Source of the DNA: Chloroflexi bacterium UBA4730
GTDB lineage: Bacteria; Chloroflexota; Limnocylindria; P2-11E
DNA length: 64,000 nucleotides
Direction: 5' to 3'
Assembly (NCBI GenBank): GCA_002404155.1
Contig: DHJC01000016.1
Location: 13,529-77,528, forward strand
In this document: positions 30,587 to 40,689 of the stretch, in pieces
How positions within the stretch are numbered: position 1 is the stretch's first letter
Layout of the letters: every line of letters starts with the position of its first letter
Translations under genes and position numbers: made by a program
The notes under the pieces: model-generated
What the model was told of the DNA's origin: nothing
The model's database searches: none
Seen by the model: the letters and a program-made list of their open reading frames with translations, nothing else

Positions 30587-30958
30587 CTAGCCGAAGACCG
30601 CGCCGAGAGCTTGAAAGAGGAAGCCCGCAGCCAGGAGGGTTCCCGCGAGCCGTGCGTCTCGACGGGTCTCGCGCCAGTACGCCCGTACCGAGGAGTTGGT
30701 CTCGCCGCGTGTGGTGCCCATTTCTTCGGCGGCCCATTCCGGAACCATTAAACCGCTGACGAGCAGCAACGCGCCGCTGATATCGAGGACCAACCCGACG
30801 GCCGAGAGTAGGTGCACGCCAAGGCCGCCAACGATGCCCACAAGGGCAACGCAGACCGCTCCGCCCATCGCCAGGTACGAGAAATGTTTCCGTCGAAGTC
30901 TGCCTTCCACCGGAATGTCCTCGGGTCGCGCGACCAAGAGCTTGAAACGTCCCACCAC
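30587..30958 (-). CDS. small membrane protein
   Basis: Three hydrophobic segments; GGAGG upstream. Confidence 0.6.
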   Translation of the reverse strand: MVGRFKLLVARPEDIPVEGRLRRKHFSYLAMGGAVCVALVGIVGGLGVHLLSAVGLVLDISGALLLVSGLMVPEWAAEEMGTTRGETNSSVRAYWRETRRDARLAGTLLAAGFLFQALGAVFG

Positions 30959-31158
30959 TGACCTCCGATCTCATGATCAGAATCTCCGGCTGAGGCGCAC
31001 GAAAAGTCAAGAGCGAAAGGGACACGGTGCTGTCACCGCGCGGCGATGACGAAATTCCGATCGGGAAAGCTCGAACTCCGCGTGCCGCCGGCTGTCTCCC
31101 GGGATGCGGGTTGCAACGCGATTCGCTCACAAGGAGAAGGCACGGGCAGAATGACCGC

Positions 31159-31929
31159 GTGGACGAGATACCGCTGGTCGGAGGGAACTTCAGCGCGACC
31201 GTCCGGATCGGAGACACCGTCCACCGGCGTGCCGGTCCATGGACACCGGCTGTGCACGCGCTCCTGGCGCACCTCCACCGCGTCGGCTTTCCCGCTGCGC
31301 CGGAGGCCCTGGGGATGGACGAGCAGGGTCGGGCGGTCCTGTCTTTTGTTCCCGGTGAAGTGCACCCGGGATGGCCGGAGCCGCTGCCGCAGTGGATGTT
31401 CGAGGACGAGGCGACCCTGACCGCGGCGGCGGCCCTACTGCGGCGCTACCACGACTCACTCGATGGCTTCGTGCCGCCGCCGGATGCCCGCTGGCGATCC
31501 GTCGCGCCCGGCGCGCACGAGGTCATCTGCCACAACGACTGGTCTCCGGGGAACGCCCTCTTCCGAGGGCACACACCGGTCGGCATGCTCGACTGGGACT
31601 CGGCGGGTCCGGGAAGCCGCGTCTGGGATCTCGCCAGCTCCGCCTACCGGTGGGTGCCGCTCAACCCGAGGGTCACGCCGCCGAGCCTTGCTGCCAAGGC
31701 CTCGCGCTTCGCGCTGTTCTGCGAATCGTACGGCGAGGGCATAGCGAGGCAGGACGTGTTCGACACGCTCACCGAGCAACTCCTCGTCGACGCGGACTTT
31801 TGCGAGGCCGAGGCAGCCACGGGCGACCCCGGCTTCGCGAAGCTCGCCGGCTGGAACATTCCGGCGGTTTTGCGGGAGGACTCCGCACGCCTTGTTCAGC
31901 AACGAGCGATCCTCTGCGGTCAGCCTTAG
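31159..31929 (+). CDS. aminoglycoside-phosphotransferase-family kinase
   Basis: LRRYH, ICHNDWSPGNALF, MLDWDSAGPG motifs; CAGAAT-6nt-GTG start. Confidence 0.9.
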   Translation: MDEIPLVGGNFSATVRIGDTVHRRAGPWTPAVHALLAHLHRVGFPAAPEALGMDEQGRAVLSFVPGEVHPGWPEPLPQWMFEDEATLTAAAALLRRYHDSLDGFVPPPDARWRSVAPGAHEVICHNDWSPGNALFRGHTPVGMLDWDSAGPGSRVWDLASSAYRWVPLNPRVTPPSLAAKASRFALFCESYGEGIARQDVFDTLTEQLLVDADFCEAEAATGDPGFAKLAGWNIPAVLREDSARLVQQRAILCGQP

Positions 31930-32207
31930 CGATTAGATGATGTCGCCCTGACAACTCCTGGCTTGGTCACCACAGTTTGTCGGTGGCTGGTAACCAGTGC
32001 CGGATTTCGAGGGTGGTCAGCAAAGGCTGGCGGACCCCGAGTCGTGAGCATCGCAAATCGCGGTTGTTATCCGTGGTCGTCAAAGTTTGGCGGATCCGCT
32101 TCAGCGACAGACTGTTGTGGCCGCGACGCGAATCCGTCCGATTCGCGACCCCGGTCACTACAGATCGTCGGAATCGAGTGACCCACAAGCAGACCTAGTC
32201 TTTGGCC

Positions 32208-33206
32208 ATGACCCGAGTACGCACCGACATCCAGGTCGACCTCGGCGCCCTATGGGTGGACGAAACTGCGCTCGGAAAGTCGCTCGAGGTTAAGCGCGAG
32301 GGGTACCGCGTCGTCATTCGTATTCCGCCCGCCCCGGCGACCGACCAGGTGGGCACCCCCACCTTCGACGGCAGTAAGGAAGCGCCGGAGGGTGCCCCGG
32401 CCAAGCGCGGACTTCGGCGGCTGACGTTCTCGGTCTACTGGGACGGCCCTGACCTGGGAGCCGACCCGGGCAACCTCTACGCGGTTGGGCACTTCGTGAT
32501 GAAGGCGCGCGAGGTAGTTAAGAAACTCGCGCGGGATCTCGTCGACTGGACCCGGGTCGCCAAGCACCAGGAATGGCTTTCCGACCATGCCCAGGACCTG
32601 CCGTTCACGGATGCCGGAGGCGCGTGGAACGACGAAACCAACGAGCTGCTGCCGATCGTCGTCGGGCTCATGCCGCAGATGAGCGAGCGACCGGCTGGGT
32701 CGGAGATCGATGCAACGTTCATCGCCGAGCTCCCGGGATGGTTACAGCAGGAACCGCCGATTCCAGCACTCCTGCTTGCGGATGCGCTCTTCTTCGTTCG
32801 GCGCACCGGACCCGTGGAGCTTCAGCGCGCGGTGTTGCTCGCAGCCATCGCAACGGAGCTCAAGGTCAAAGAGATTCTGCGCTCGGCTCCTCCGAAGAAG
32901 GCGGCCCTTGTCGAGATCATCATCGGACGCGATGCGCCGGTCGCAGTCGCCGCGCTATTCGACAAGACGCTGTCAGCCGCAATCGGGCATTCCTTGCTCG
33001 ACGAGCAGAAGGATCTCTTCAAGCGCGTCTGGCGACTCTTCGAGCTACGAAACCAGATCGCCCACTCGGGCGCGGTCCCTGATCTTGAGAGCGCTCGTGA
33101 CCTGGTGAGGGCGGCGCGAGAGGCATCGGAGTGGCTCGACAGCATTAAGCCGGGGAACACGGCGTCACAGCTGCTCGACCAGTCGAAGAGCGGCGACCCA
33201 AGCTAG
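32208..33206 (+). CDS. HEPN-domain protein
   Basis: AVLLAAIATE...LFELRNQIAHSG (RxxxxH); TAGTCT-6nt-ATG start. Confidence 0.75.
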   Translation: MTRVRTDIQVDLGALWVDETALGKSLEVKREGYRVVIRIPPAPATDQVGTPTFDGSKEAPEGAPAKRGLRRLTFSVYWDGPDLGADPGNLYAVGHFVMKAREVVKKLARDLVDWTRVAKHQEWLSDHAQDLPFTDAGGAWNDETNELLPIVVGLMPQMSERPAGSEIDATFIAELPGWLQQEPPIPALLLADALFFVRRTGPVELQRAVLLAAIATELKVKEILRSAPPKKAALVEIIIGRDAPVAVAALFDKTLSAAIGHSLLDEQKDLFKRVWRLFELRNQIAHSGAVPDLESARDLVRAAREASEWLDSIKPGNTASQLLDQSKSGDPS

Positions 33207-33341
33207 AAGTCGACGCCGGCCAGGATCTCCCACTCGCCTCGGCACCATAAAGGAGAGTCTGGTGCCCGTCACCTACGAGCTTCCCATCGGCCACGAAAGG
33301 GAAGTTTGAGCACCTAGTTAGGGGTTCGGGTAGCGTCGGTT

Positions 33342-33638
33342 CTAATCGAGCTGCGCGGCCATGTACGCCTCGACGTATACGACCTCCAGATGATCTAAGA
33401 ATTCCTGGCCAAACGCCTCAATTAGCTCCTCCTCCGAGATATCGATCCGACTGGGGGTGAGGTAGCAAAGCACCCGGTAAATATCAAAATAGGCTTTGAA
33501 CTCTTCCTCCCCCGCCTCCTTGGCCGCGGCGATGAGTTGCTCCTCGGTCACGTCAGCCAGCGAGGATGCCGGACTGCGCTTATGCGCTTTCGTCGAAGGG
33601 ATGATTTCGCGCCGCCTCGGACTAGCTCTGCCCATCAC
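33342..33638 (-). CDS. small acidic hypothetical protein
   Basis: 98-aa ORF with lower GC; GGGAG upstream. Confidence 0.5.
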   Translation of the reverse strand: MMGRASPRRREIIPSTKAHKRSPASSLADVTEEQLIAAAKEAGEEEFKAYFDIYRVLCYLTPSRIDISEEELIEAFGQEFLDHLEVVYVEAYMAAQLD

Positions 33639-33645
33639 TCACTCC

Positions 33646-34009
33646 CTAGCTCGCCTGAGCATAGGAGGCCGCCCGATGGGCTTGTTGTTCGCAGCGACGT
33701 GCGGCGAAGCTGTGCGCGGCGGGCGCGCCGGATATTTGAAATTAGTCGGCAGCCTGACTGTCTACACCGCCTGCGTCGTGGTGTTTTTCAGGCTCGTCGT
33801 TCTGGGGATCCGTCGCCTCAACCTCGGTCCGCTTTGACGGGCAGGATGAACCCATGATCGCGTTCAGGTCTCGTTGCTGCTTACTGCGCAATTGTTATGA
33901 ATCGTCCGCGAGATAACCCGATTACTCCTTTCGTGCGGATCATCTCGATGTTCCCTTCGGGTTTCAGCGTGCGCGTCATTCCTTCCCCTCCCTAGCGCCG
34001 AAATTCCGG
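33646..34009. repeat. dispersed repeat copy B (copy A at 22496-22756)
   Basis: Same blocks as copy A plus two segments absent from copy A. Confidence 0.95.
33676..33837 (+). pseudogene. frameshift-scrambled copy of the 57-aa microprotein
   Basis: AGGAGG then ATG; QRRAAK and RARRIFEI lie in two other frames; GSLTVYTACVVVFFRLVVLGIRRLNLGPL is in the ATG frame. Confidence 0.75.
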
Positions 34010-34111
34010 TTGGGAAAGCCGAAAAAGACGACGGTGCCGCCGGCTGCGTAGGGGGACGACCGTCGTTGCGCCAATTCGCTCATAAGACCGGGGCCCGGGC
34101 AGAATGACCGC

Positions 34112-34294
34112 GTGGACGAGGTACCGCTGCTCGGAGGGAACTTCAGCGCGACCGTCAGGATCGGGGACACCGTTCACCGTCGGGCAGGTCCATGGACAGC
34201 TGCGGTGCACGCGCTCCTAACCCACCTCCGACAGGTTGGCTTCGGCGCCCGGACGTACCGGCCGATGAAGTCCGATGGCGATTCCGGCGGCTGA
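34112..34294 (+). pseudogene. 5' fragment of a second APH-family kinase gene
   Basis: MDEVPLLGGNFSATVRIGDTVHRRAGPWTAAVHALLTHL near-identical to the 31159 gene with the same cgggcagaatgaccgcgtg upstream; homology ends near 34243. Confidence 0.88.
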
Positions 34295-34708
34295 TGTGGC
34301 CAAAGCGTCCGCACCTCATCTTTGGGGCAGCACCGCGTTTCAACGAGGTTGTCCGCGAAGCGTTCGAGTCCTTTATCCGCCTTCGGCACCAGCAGCATCT
34401 CGAGCTCACGCCGAAGCGCGCTGACCTTTTGACCGTCGGCATCCTGCTCACGCCGCGGCACGATGGCTTTCGGCCTTGGGACACGACCCTCGCAGCGACC
34501 ACCGGGCAGCAGGAATTCGAACCCGATCTGAGGTCGGCCCTCGAGGAGCTGTGGGGACCGTTCGGCACGCGCATCCAGCCCGGCGTCGGGCCTTATTCAG
34601 ACCCGGACTGAACGCGGTCGCGACAACACGCAGACGAGGGCCCGAGAGGGCGCATTGCTCTAGCGTTAATGGGCCGGGACGGGTCCCGGCGTGGGGAGCG
34701 TATCGACC

Positions 34709-37700
34709 ATGGCGGCGCCGAAACCGACCTACTGCACGCGAAGCGACATCCTTCAATGGGCGCGCACCACTTCGGGACAGAGGAATCTGCCAGGCCTCAT
34801 CCGGCGGCTGATCCACGAGACCGGGAAGGGCGTCGTGAAGCTCGGCTTTCCCACAGAGGAGGGCGTGCAGAGCGGGGGCTGGGACGGCACGGTGCAAGCC
34901 ACGCAGGCCACCGCGCACGTTCCAGCGGGCTGGTCCGTCTGGGAGCTCTCGGTGGAGCATTCGATCACCAAGAAGGCCGAGGACGACTTCACCAAGCGGA
35001 CAACGAAGAACGGCTCGCCTGCAGTGGGCCCCGATGGCACGCCGATAGCCAACTGCACGTACGTCCAGGTGCTGCTCGCCCCGTGGCGCAAGAGCGACGA
35101 ATGGACGACGAGCAAGAACGAGCTCAAGGCCTGGGGCGACGTGCGAGGGTACAACGTCGACACCATCTACGACTGGGTCGAGCAGGCCCCGGTCACGCAC
35201 GCGTGGTTGTCCGAGCTCATGGGGCTCACGCCGTACGGCGTGCAACCGATCGAGAGCTGGTGGCGGGACTGGTCAGAGACCACCAACCCGACGTTTCCCC
35301 GCGCTGCGATCCTCGCCGGTCGAGAGAAGCAGATGGACGACCTGCTCGCGAAACTCGCAGGGCCGGCGGGCATCATCACGATCAACGCCGGCAGTGAGGA
35401 AGAGGCCCTCGCGTTCATCGCGGCCGTCGTCGAGGAAGATGCCAAGAGCGGAGATGCCTCCCTGCGTTCCCGCACGGCACTTGTCGACGATGTCGCGGCG
35501 TGGCGCCGGCTCGCGCCACGTGCGTCGCCGCTTGTACTTGTGCCCCGCAAGGAGGTCGTCTCCGAGAACCTGGCCGGTGGCCACCACGTCTTGATGGTGA
35601 CCACGGGCCCCATGCCGAGCGACATCCAGCTGCCGCCGATCGACGCGAACTTGGCCATGGCCGCGCTCACGAAGGCCGGCATGGCAGACGAGAAAGCGAT
35701 GGCGACGGCGCGCATCGCGCGTCAGAGCCTGCTCACGGCGCGGCGTGGAATCGCAAAGAAGGCCGAACTCCAAGCCCCTCCGTGGGCGAAGGCGCCCTCG
35801 AAGCTCGAGCGGCGGATCTTCCTCGTCGGACGATGGGACAGCGCCAATGTCAACGACATGGAGCTGCTTTCCGAATTCACCCTGATCGCCCGCTCGGATA
35901 TCGGTGAGAAGGTCGAGACGCTCGCGCGTGATGCGGACCCGCTCGTGAGTCGGACTGGATCGATCTGCAGCCTGCTCTCGCCGACCGACGCGTTCAACTT
36001 TCTGGGTGGTCGGATCACCGCGGACGATATCGACGCGTTCCGGTCGGCCTGTATGACTGTCTTTGGTGCGACCGATCCGAAGTTCGAGTTACCGCCAAAA
36101 GATTGGTGGCTGGCCGGCGTGAAGGGCAAGGTCGCGCCGTACTCGGACGAACTCCGCATCGGATTGGCGACCACGCTCGCACTGCTGGGTGCGCGCGGAG
36201 ATCAGCAGCTGCCAGGAAGAACGACAACAGCACGGAGCGAGGCAGAAGGCATCGTTCGCGACGTGCTCGCGGCCGCGAACGCGGACACGACGGGGCGGCT
36301 CTGGATGTCGCTCGACCCAGTGCTCCCGCTCCTAGCGGAGGCGGCACCGGACGTGTTCTTGCGCGCGGTGCGTGAAGGCGCGAAGGGCGACGCGCCGGTG
36401 CTGCGCAACGTCTTCGTCGATCAGACCGACGACCTCAGCTCACCGTCTGCCCACACCGGGCTGCTGTGGGCCCTCGAGGTCTGCGCGTGGGCACCCGAGT
36501 ACCTGGGCCTCAGCGCCGAGCTCTTGGCTCGCCTGAGCGATATCGACCCAGGCGGCAGGATGGGCAACCGCCCTTTCGCGAGCCTCGTCAACATCTTCAT
36601 GCCGTGGTACCCGCAGACCTCAGTCGACGCCACCAGGCGTCTCGCTGCCCTCGACGGCCTACGTACGCGGCATCCGTCCCGGGCCCTGCGACTCCTGCGC
36701 GCGCTCATTCCGCGCCGCGGCAGCTCGGTCATGCCCAACCAAGCCCCGCGCTTCCGCACCTGGAAGATCGGCGAACCGAGCGGTGGAAGCAACCTCCCGG
36801 AGCACATAGAGGAGATCGCCCGTCGTCTCTTCGAACAGTCGGGCCGCGAAGTTTCCGCGTGGGTCTCCGTGATCGAGAAGATTCCCGACCTGCCACCGGC
36901 GGCGCGGAAGGCCGCCATCGATCGCCTGCAGGAGCTCTCGGCCGACGATGCATTGACGCCAGAAGATCGCACGGCGCTGTGGACGGCCCTGAACAAGTTG
37001 ATCGGTCATCACCGGGGCTTTCCCGAGACGGCCTGGGCGATGCGCGATGCCGATCTTCGTCCGCTCGAGGCCGTGCGTGGACAACTCGCGTCCCCAGATC
37101 CGGCCGCTCGCTACCGGCCGCTGTTCGATGAGTACAACCCTTCGATCGACGGTCCGAAGCGCACGGTGGACGGCGGCTTCGACGAGTATGAGCGCGCGCT
37201 GCTGAAGGCGCGCGCCGACGCGACCGCCGAGATTCATCGGTCGCAGGGCCTCACCGGCCTTATGTCGTTCGCGAATGTGGTGAAGATTCCAGGTCTCATC
37301 GGATTAGGAATCGTGACGGCCGGCCTCCGCGTCGATGAGGCGCAGGTGATCGCGCTACTCGACCAGCCCGAGGGCGGGAGGGAGACGATGGCGCGGATCT
37401 ACGCGCTGGAAACAACGCGCAGCGAGGGCTGGCCGTGGTTGGAACGCGCGCTCGCCATCCCCGGCCTCACCGCACGGCAGAAGGCGCGGCTCCTTCTGGT
37501 GAGCGACGACATTCCGCGTGCGTGGGAAGAAGCGAAGGAGCTTGGTGACGACGTGTGGAACGGCTACTGGAGCGAGTTCGTGATCTACGGTCGCGGGCCG
37601 GACTTCGCGCACTCGCTCCTCGTGTCACGCGAACTGCTGCGCGTCGGACGCACTCGCGCAACGATCGAGATGGTGATGATGTACCGGCGCGGGACCGACC

Positions 37701-38572
37701 CGGCAGACTCGAACGATCGCGCCGGCCTCATGGCTGACGCCCTCGAGCGCGTGGTTCGCGGCGACGGCGCCGACCTCGGTGGCGGGAGCAACCTCGGTCA
37801 ACTCGACTTCGACGGCATCTTCGACCTCCTCGCGAAGTCCGACATCGAGCGTCCGCGCCTCGCGCGCCTCGAGTTCTTGTACCTGCCGTATCTCGAGTAT
37901 CGACAAGGGCCGAAGGTCCTCCACCAGATGCTCGCCGAGGACCCTGCCCTGTTCGTCGACTTCATGAAGCTGTGCTTCAAGCCGACGCAGCAGTCAGACG
38001 ATGCCGAGGCCGCAGAAGCGAGCGCGACGAAGGTGACCGACGATCCGGAGGCCTCGACGCGGACGCCGCAGGACGAGCGTCGTGCTGAGAACGCGTATCG
38101 CGTGCTCCGCGGATGGAATGTCGTTCCGGGGCGGCGTGAGGACGGAACCCTCGACGAGGCAGCGCTCAGGGCGTGGGTCGGCACGGCACGCGCCCTGTTA
38201 AAGGAGGCGAAGAGGGTCGAGATCGGGGACGAGCAGATCGGCCGAATTCTGGCCTACGCCCCGCCGGACGCGGAGGGCATGTCACCCCCCAAGGGCGTAC
38301 GTGACCTGTTCGAGGAACTGCAGAACGACAATCTCGAGGGCGGATTCGAGGCCGAGATGTTCAACCAGGGAGGCATCACGTCGCGCGCGCCAGACACCGG
38401 CGGTGACCCCGAGCGCACGGTAGCGAAAGACTTGCGCGCGCGTGCTGAGCCATTCAACGAGCAGTGGCCGAGAGCCGCGGCGATTCTCCGCAGGCTCGCT
38501 GACAGCTATGAGAGCCTGGCAACCTTCAACGACCAACAAGCGGAGCGATTCCGGAAAGGCATCTTCAACTAG
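34709..38572 (+). CDS. about 1290-aa putative defence protein with N-terminal nuclease-like GWDG domain and long helical region
   Basis: LPGLIRRLI...FP...GGWDG...SVWELS pattern; no intact Walker A visible; defence-island context. Confidence 0.65.
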   Translation: MAAPKPTYCTRSDILQWARTTSGQRNLPGLIRRLIHETGKGVVKLGFPTEEGVQSGGWDGTVQATQATAHVPAGWSVWELSVEHSITKKAEDDFTKRTTKNGSPAVGPDGTPIANCTYVQVLLAPWRKSDEWTTSKNELKAWGDVRGYNVDTIYDWVEQAPVTHAWLSELMGLTPYGVQPIESWWRDWSETTNPTFPRAAILAGREKQMDDLLAKLAGPAGIITINAGSEEEALAFIAAVVEEDAKSGDASLRSRTALVDDVAAWRRLAPRASPLVLVPRKEVVSENLAGGHHVLMVTTGPMPSDIQLPPIDANLAMAALTKAGMADEKAMATARIARQSLLTARRGIAKKAELQAPPWAKAPSKLERRIFLVGRWDSANVNDMELLSEFTLIARSDIGEKVETLARDADPLVSRTGSICSLLSPTDAFNFLGGRITADDIDAFRSACMTVFGATDPKFELPPKDWWLAGVKGKVAPYSDELRIGLATTLALLGARGDQQLPGRTTTARSEAEGIVRDVLAAANADTTGRLWMSLDPVLPLLAEAAPDVFLRAVREGAKGDAPVLRNVFVDQTDDLSSPSAHTGLLWALEVCAWAPEYLGLSAELLARLSDIDPGGRMGNRPFASLVNIFMPWYPQTSVDATRRLAALDGLRTRHPSRALRLLRALIPRRGSSVMPNQAPRFRTWKIGEPSGGSNLPEHIEEIARRLFEQSGREVSAWVSVIEKIPDLPPAARKAAIDRLQELSADDALTPEDRTALWTALNKLIGHHRGFPETAWAMRDADLRPLEAVRGQLASPDPAARYRPLFDEYNPSIDGPKRTVDGGFDEYERALLKARADATAEIHRSQGLTGLMSFANVVKIPGLIGLGIVTAGLRVDEAQVIALLDQPEGGRETMARIYALETTRSEGWPWLERALAIPGLTARQKARLLLVSDDIPRAWEEAKELGDDVWNGYWSEFVIYGRGPDFAHSLLVSRELLRVGRTRATIEMVMMYRRGTDPADSNDRAGLMADALERVVRGDGADLGGGSNLGQLDFDGIFDLLAKSDIERPRLARLEFLYLPYLEYRQGPKVLHQMLAEDPALFVDFMKLCFKPTQQSDDAEAAEASATKVTDDPEASTRTPQDERRAENAYRVLRGWNVVPGRREDGTLDEAALRAWVGTARALLKEAKRVEIGDEQIGRILAYAPPDAEGMSPPKGVRDLFEELQNDNLEGGFEAEMFNQGGITSRAPDTGGDPERTVAKDLRARAEPFNEQWPRAAAILRRLADSYESLATFNDQQAERFRKGIFN

Positions 38573-38778
38573 CGGCGGTCTGGCGGCTCGTCGTCCAGCA
38601 GTGCACCGGCGCGCCGCTCGTCGTCGTCGAAGACGCGCAGGTAGACCATCGACGATCGAAGGTCGCGATGGCCGGCGCGGAACTGGATGACCCGCAGGTT
38701 CGTGCCGCGTCGGAGCAGCTCGGTGAGGTGCGTGTGCCGGCCGCGGTGCGGCGTGAAGCGGCGCGATCGTGAGCGCAT
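38569..38778 (-). pseudogene. C-terminal remnant of a tyrosine recombinase
   Basis: FTPHRGRHT...NLRVIQFRAGHRDLRSSMVYL. Confidence 0.8.
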
Positions 38779-39025
38779 CGACGTGACGATGCCGCCGCCG
38801 GTGGCGGCGGGGCTGCGCGCCTACGCGCGGACGTGGCATATCTCGCTCTCGGTCGTCGTGGAGCTCGCATGCGCGGCCTACCTGGAGGAACGGGCCGGTC
38901 GCGTCGACCAGGCTCCCATCCGGCTGCGCTTCCGACAGCGTCGCGGCCCGTTGGCGAAAGTGGAGCGGCACATCAGCGACGCGACGATCGCTGACCTTCG
39001 GGCGCGAGGCGGACGCCGTCTCTAG
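38753..39025 (+). CDS. ribbon-helix-helix protein (start uncertain)
   Basis: RERIDVTMPPPVAAGLRAYARTWHISLSVVVELACAAYL. Confidence 0.55.
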   Translation: MKRRDRERIDVTMPPPVAAGLRAYARTWHISLSVVVELACAAYLEERAGRVDQAPIRLRFRQRRGPLAKVERHISDATIADLRARGGRRL

Positions 39026-39027
39026 AT

Positions 39028-40320
39028 CTATTGACGAACGGCCTGGAGGACCTTCGAGCGCGACTGCACTAGCGCCGCGATCTTGTCCAGCGGGGCATCC
39101 GGCACGTTCCACGCAGCGGCCTCCGCTTGAGTGTCAGGGAGTGCCGCTTCAACACGCTGCGCGAGTTGCCCAAGGCGGTCGCTGTACAGACGAACCGACA
39201 GTCCTAGCTGTTCGAGCCACTTGCGCCAGTGGACCGCTTGGAGAGCATTCGCGTCAAACATCCCATTGATGGAGTTAGCCATCAGCGGATCGAGCTGTGA
39301 GTAGGCGTACGTCGACACGAGGTCATATGCCGGAGCCAACCGAACGCCGCCAGTTGCATAGAGCAGCGAATGATTCTTCGCGTGCGCGTCGGCATTCCCA
39401 ACGAGGTAGCTGAAGCCGACGCGATCAACGATCTCAGCTTGGTCAACAGGCACGTTAGATGACCAGTTCGCGAGGAGCTTCAGATAATCGGCCACTTTGG
39501 GGCCGCCATGCGCTTCGTATTTGGCGTCCGTGCGGAGGCCCAACGCCTGGCAGAAGTCCTCCTGATGCAGCCGCTGGATAGTGCCGTCGACCACGGTGCG
39601 GTCATACCGCTCGCTGTACAGAACGGTCTCACCTGCAACATCACGAACTTCGACATTGGTAGTAGTGAGGCCTGCCCGACGACCAAGGAGACTGCAGAAG
39701 GCTTCGTTCGCGACAAGTCCGGGATATGCCAGCCTGTCATCCCGGCGCCCGCGCCGCTCAGTAGAAGCCGGCTTGAGAATGTGGGTCGTCGGCTGCGTTC
39801 CACGCGGCAGACCGACATGCCCGTCCGCAGTACGGACGACAGCCATCTTGTCCTGTACTCCGGCCAGGCTGATGCGAATGCCTTGCGCCGGATTTACCGC
39901 GAGAGGTCGCTCAGCGAGTCTGTCGATCTCACGCAAGAGTTCTTCGTCGGTGAGCCAAACGACTCCCTCTTCGCGCACCGCGACAAGGTCGGTCCCTTCC
40001 GGAACGATCGAAAGCGCGCCGGCATTGTCACGTCCGATTTCGCGGAGCATGCCAAACGTGTCGCTCGGGTCCAATCGCCGCTCGGCGGCGATACGGTCGC
40101 GGGCGCGACCTTCCGGCAGCAGTCCGTCGAAGAAGGGCAGCAGCTCCGCCGCGTTGTACGTTTCTGTCCGAGCGGGCAGTGACACGCTGAGGACCGGCGC
40201 GCCTGGCTCGCGGTCAACGATCGCTGCGCGGTACTTCACGGACAGCGTTCGGTCTTCCGCTCGATCCAGGTCAGCGACTACGTCGTCGCCGCGCACTACC
40301 CACAGCCGTTCAGCGGGCAT
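39028..40320 (-). CDS. hipA: HipA-family toxin kinase
   Basis: LSVSLP...FFDGLLPEG; ISLAGVQDK; THILKP; LHQEDFCQALG; GNADAHAKNHS; RLAPAYDLV. Confidence 0.95.
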   Translation of the reverse strand: MPAERLWVVRGDDVVADLDRAEDRTLSVKYRAAIVDREPGAPVLSVSLPARTETYNAAELLPFFDGLLPEGRARDRIAAERRLDPSDTFGMLREIGRDNAGALSIVPEGTDLVAVREEGVVWLTDEELLREIDRLAERPLAVNPAQGIRISLAGVQDKMAVVRTADGHVGLPRGTQPTTHILKPASTERRGRRDDRLAYPGLVANEAFCSLLGRRAGLTTTNVEVRDVAGETVLYSERYDRTVVDGTIQRLHQEDFCQALGLRTDAKYEAHGGPKVADYLKLLANWSSNVPVDQAEIVDRVGFSYLVGNADAHAKNHSLLYATGGVRLAPAYDLVSTYAYSQLDPLMANSINGMFDANALQAVHWRKWLEQLGLSVRLYSDRLGQLAQRVEAALPDTQAEAAAWNVPDAPLDKIAALVQSRSKVLQAVRQ

Positions 40321-40573
40321 CTTGCACCTCTCGCGTTTGGGGGCCTCGTGAGAGGACCGCCAAGTCGAGGGACAGGATGTGGAGCAGCTTGAGGGCGGTT
40401 TCGACCTCAAACGTTCCTTCGCCGCGCTCGATCCTCTGCACAGCGGTGCGGCTCAGGTTGGCGTGCTCGGCAAGCTGCAGCTGGCTGAGGCCGCGGGCGC
40501 GCCGTTCCCTCTTGATCAGGGCGCTGAGCTGTTCGCTGGTGAAGATCTTCTGAGTGCTCACTAAAGAGAGCAT
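40310..40573 (-). CDS. hipB: HipB-like HTH antitoxin (start may be GTG 40561)
   Basis: IKRERRARGLSQLQLAEHANLSRTAVQRIERG; overlaps the hipA start. Confidence 0.9.
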   Translation of the reverse strand: MLSLVSTQKIFTSEQLSALIKRERRARGLSQLQLAEHANLSRTAVQRIERGEGTFEVETALKLLHILSLDLAVLSRGPQTREVQDAR

Positions 40574-40650
40574 ATCATGCTAAACAGCCAGAATGCACTC
40601 TCTAGAGAGCTATTCAGGCAAATCCTTCAAAAAGCTCACTTTAGCGTGCT
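40555..40650. promoter_or_regulatory. three 18-bp palindromic operators at 39-bp spacing at the hipBA promoter
   Basis: tgctcactaaagagagca (40555), tgcactctctagagagct (40594), agctcactttagcgtgct (40633). Confidence 0.8.
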
Positions 40651-40689
40651 TTCAGGCTGAGTTTCGCAAACAACGTATTGCTCGCGAGT

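Noticed and set aside
31159-31929. Calling the APH-family gene an antibiotic-resistance determinant
   Set aside because: The motifs show only the kinase fold; the substrate cannot be inferred.
31941-32180. Possible structured RNA or IS end in the intergenic stretch after the APH gene
   Set aside because: Only short inverted repeats; no recognisable family or second copy.
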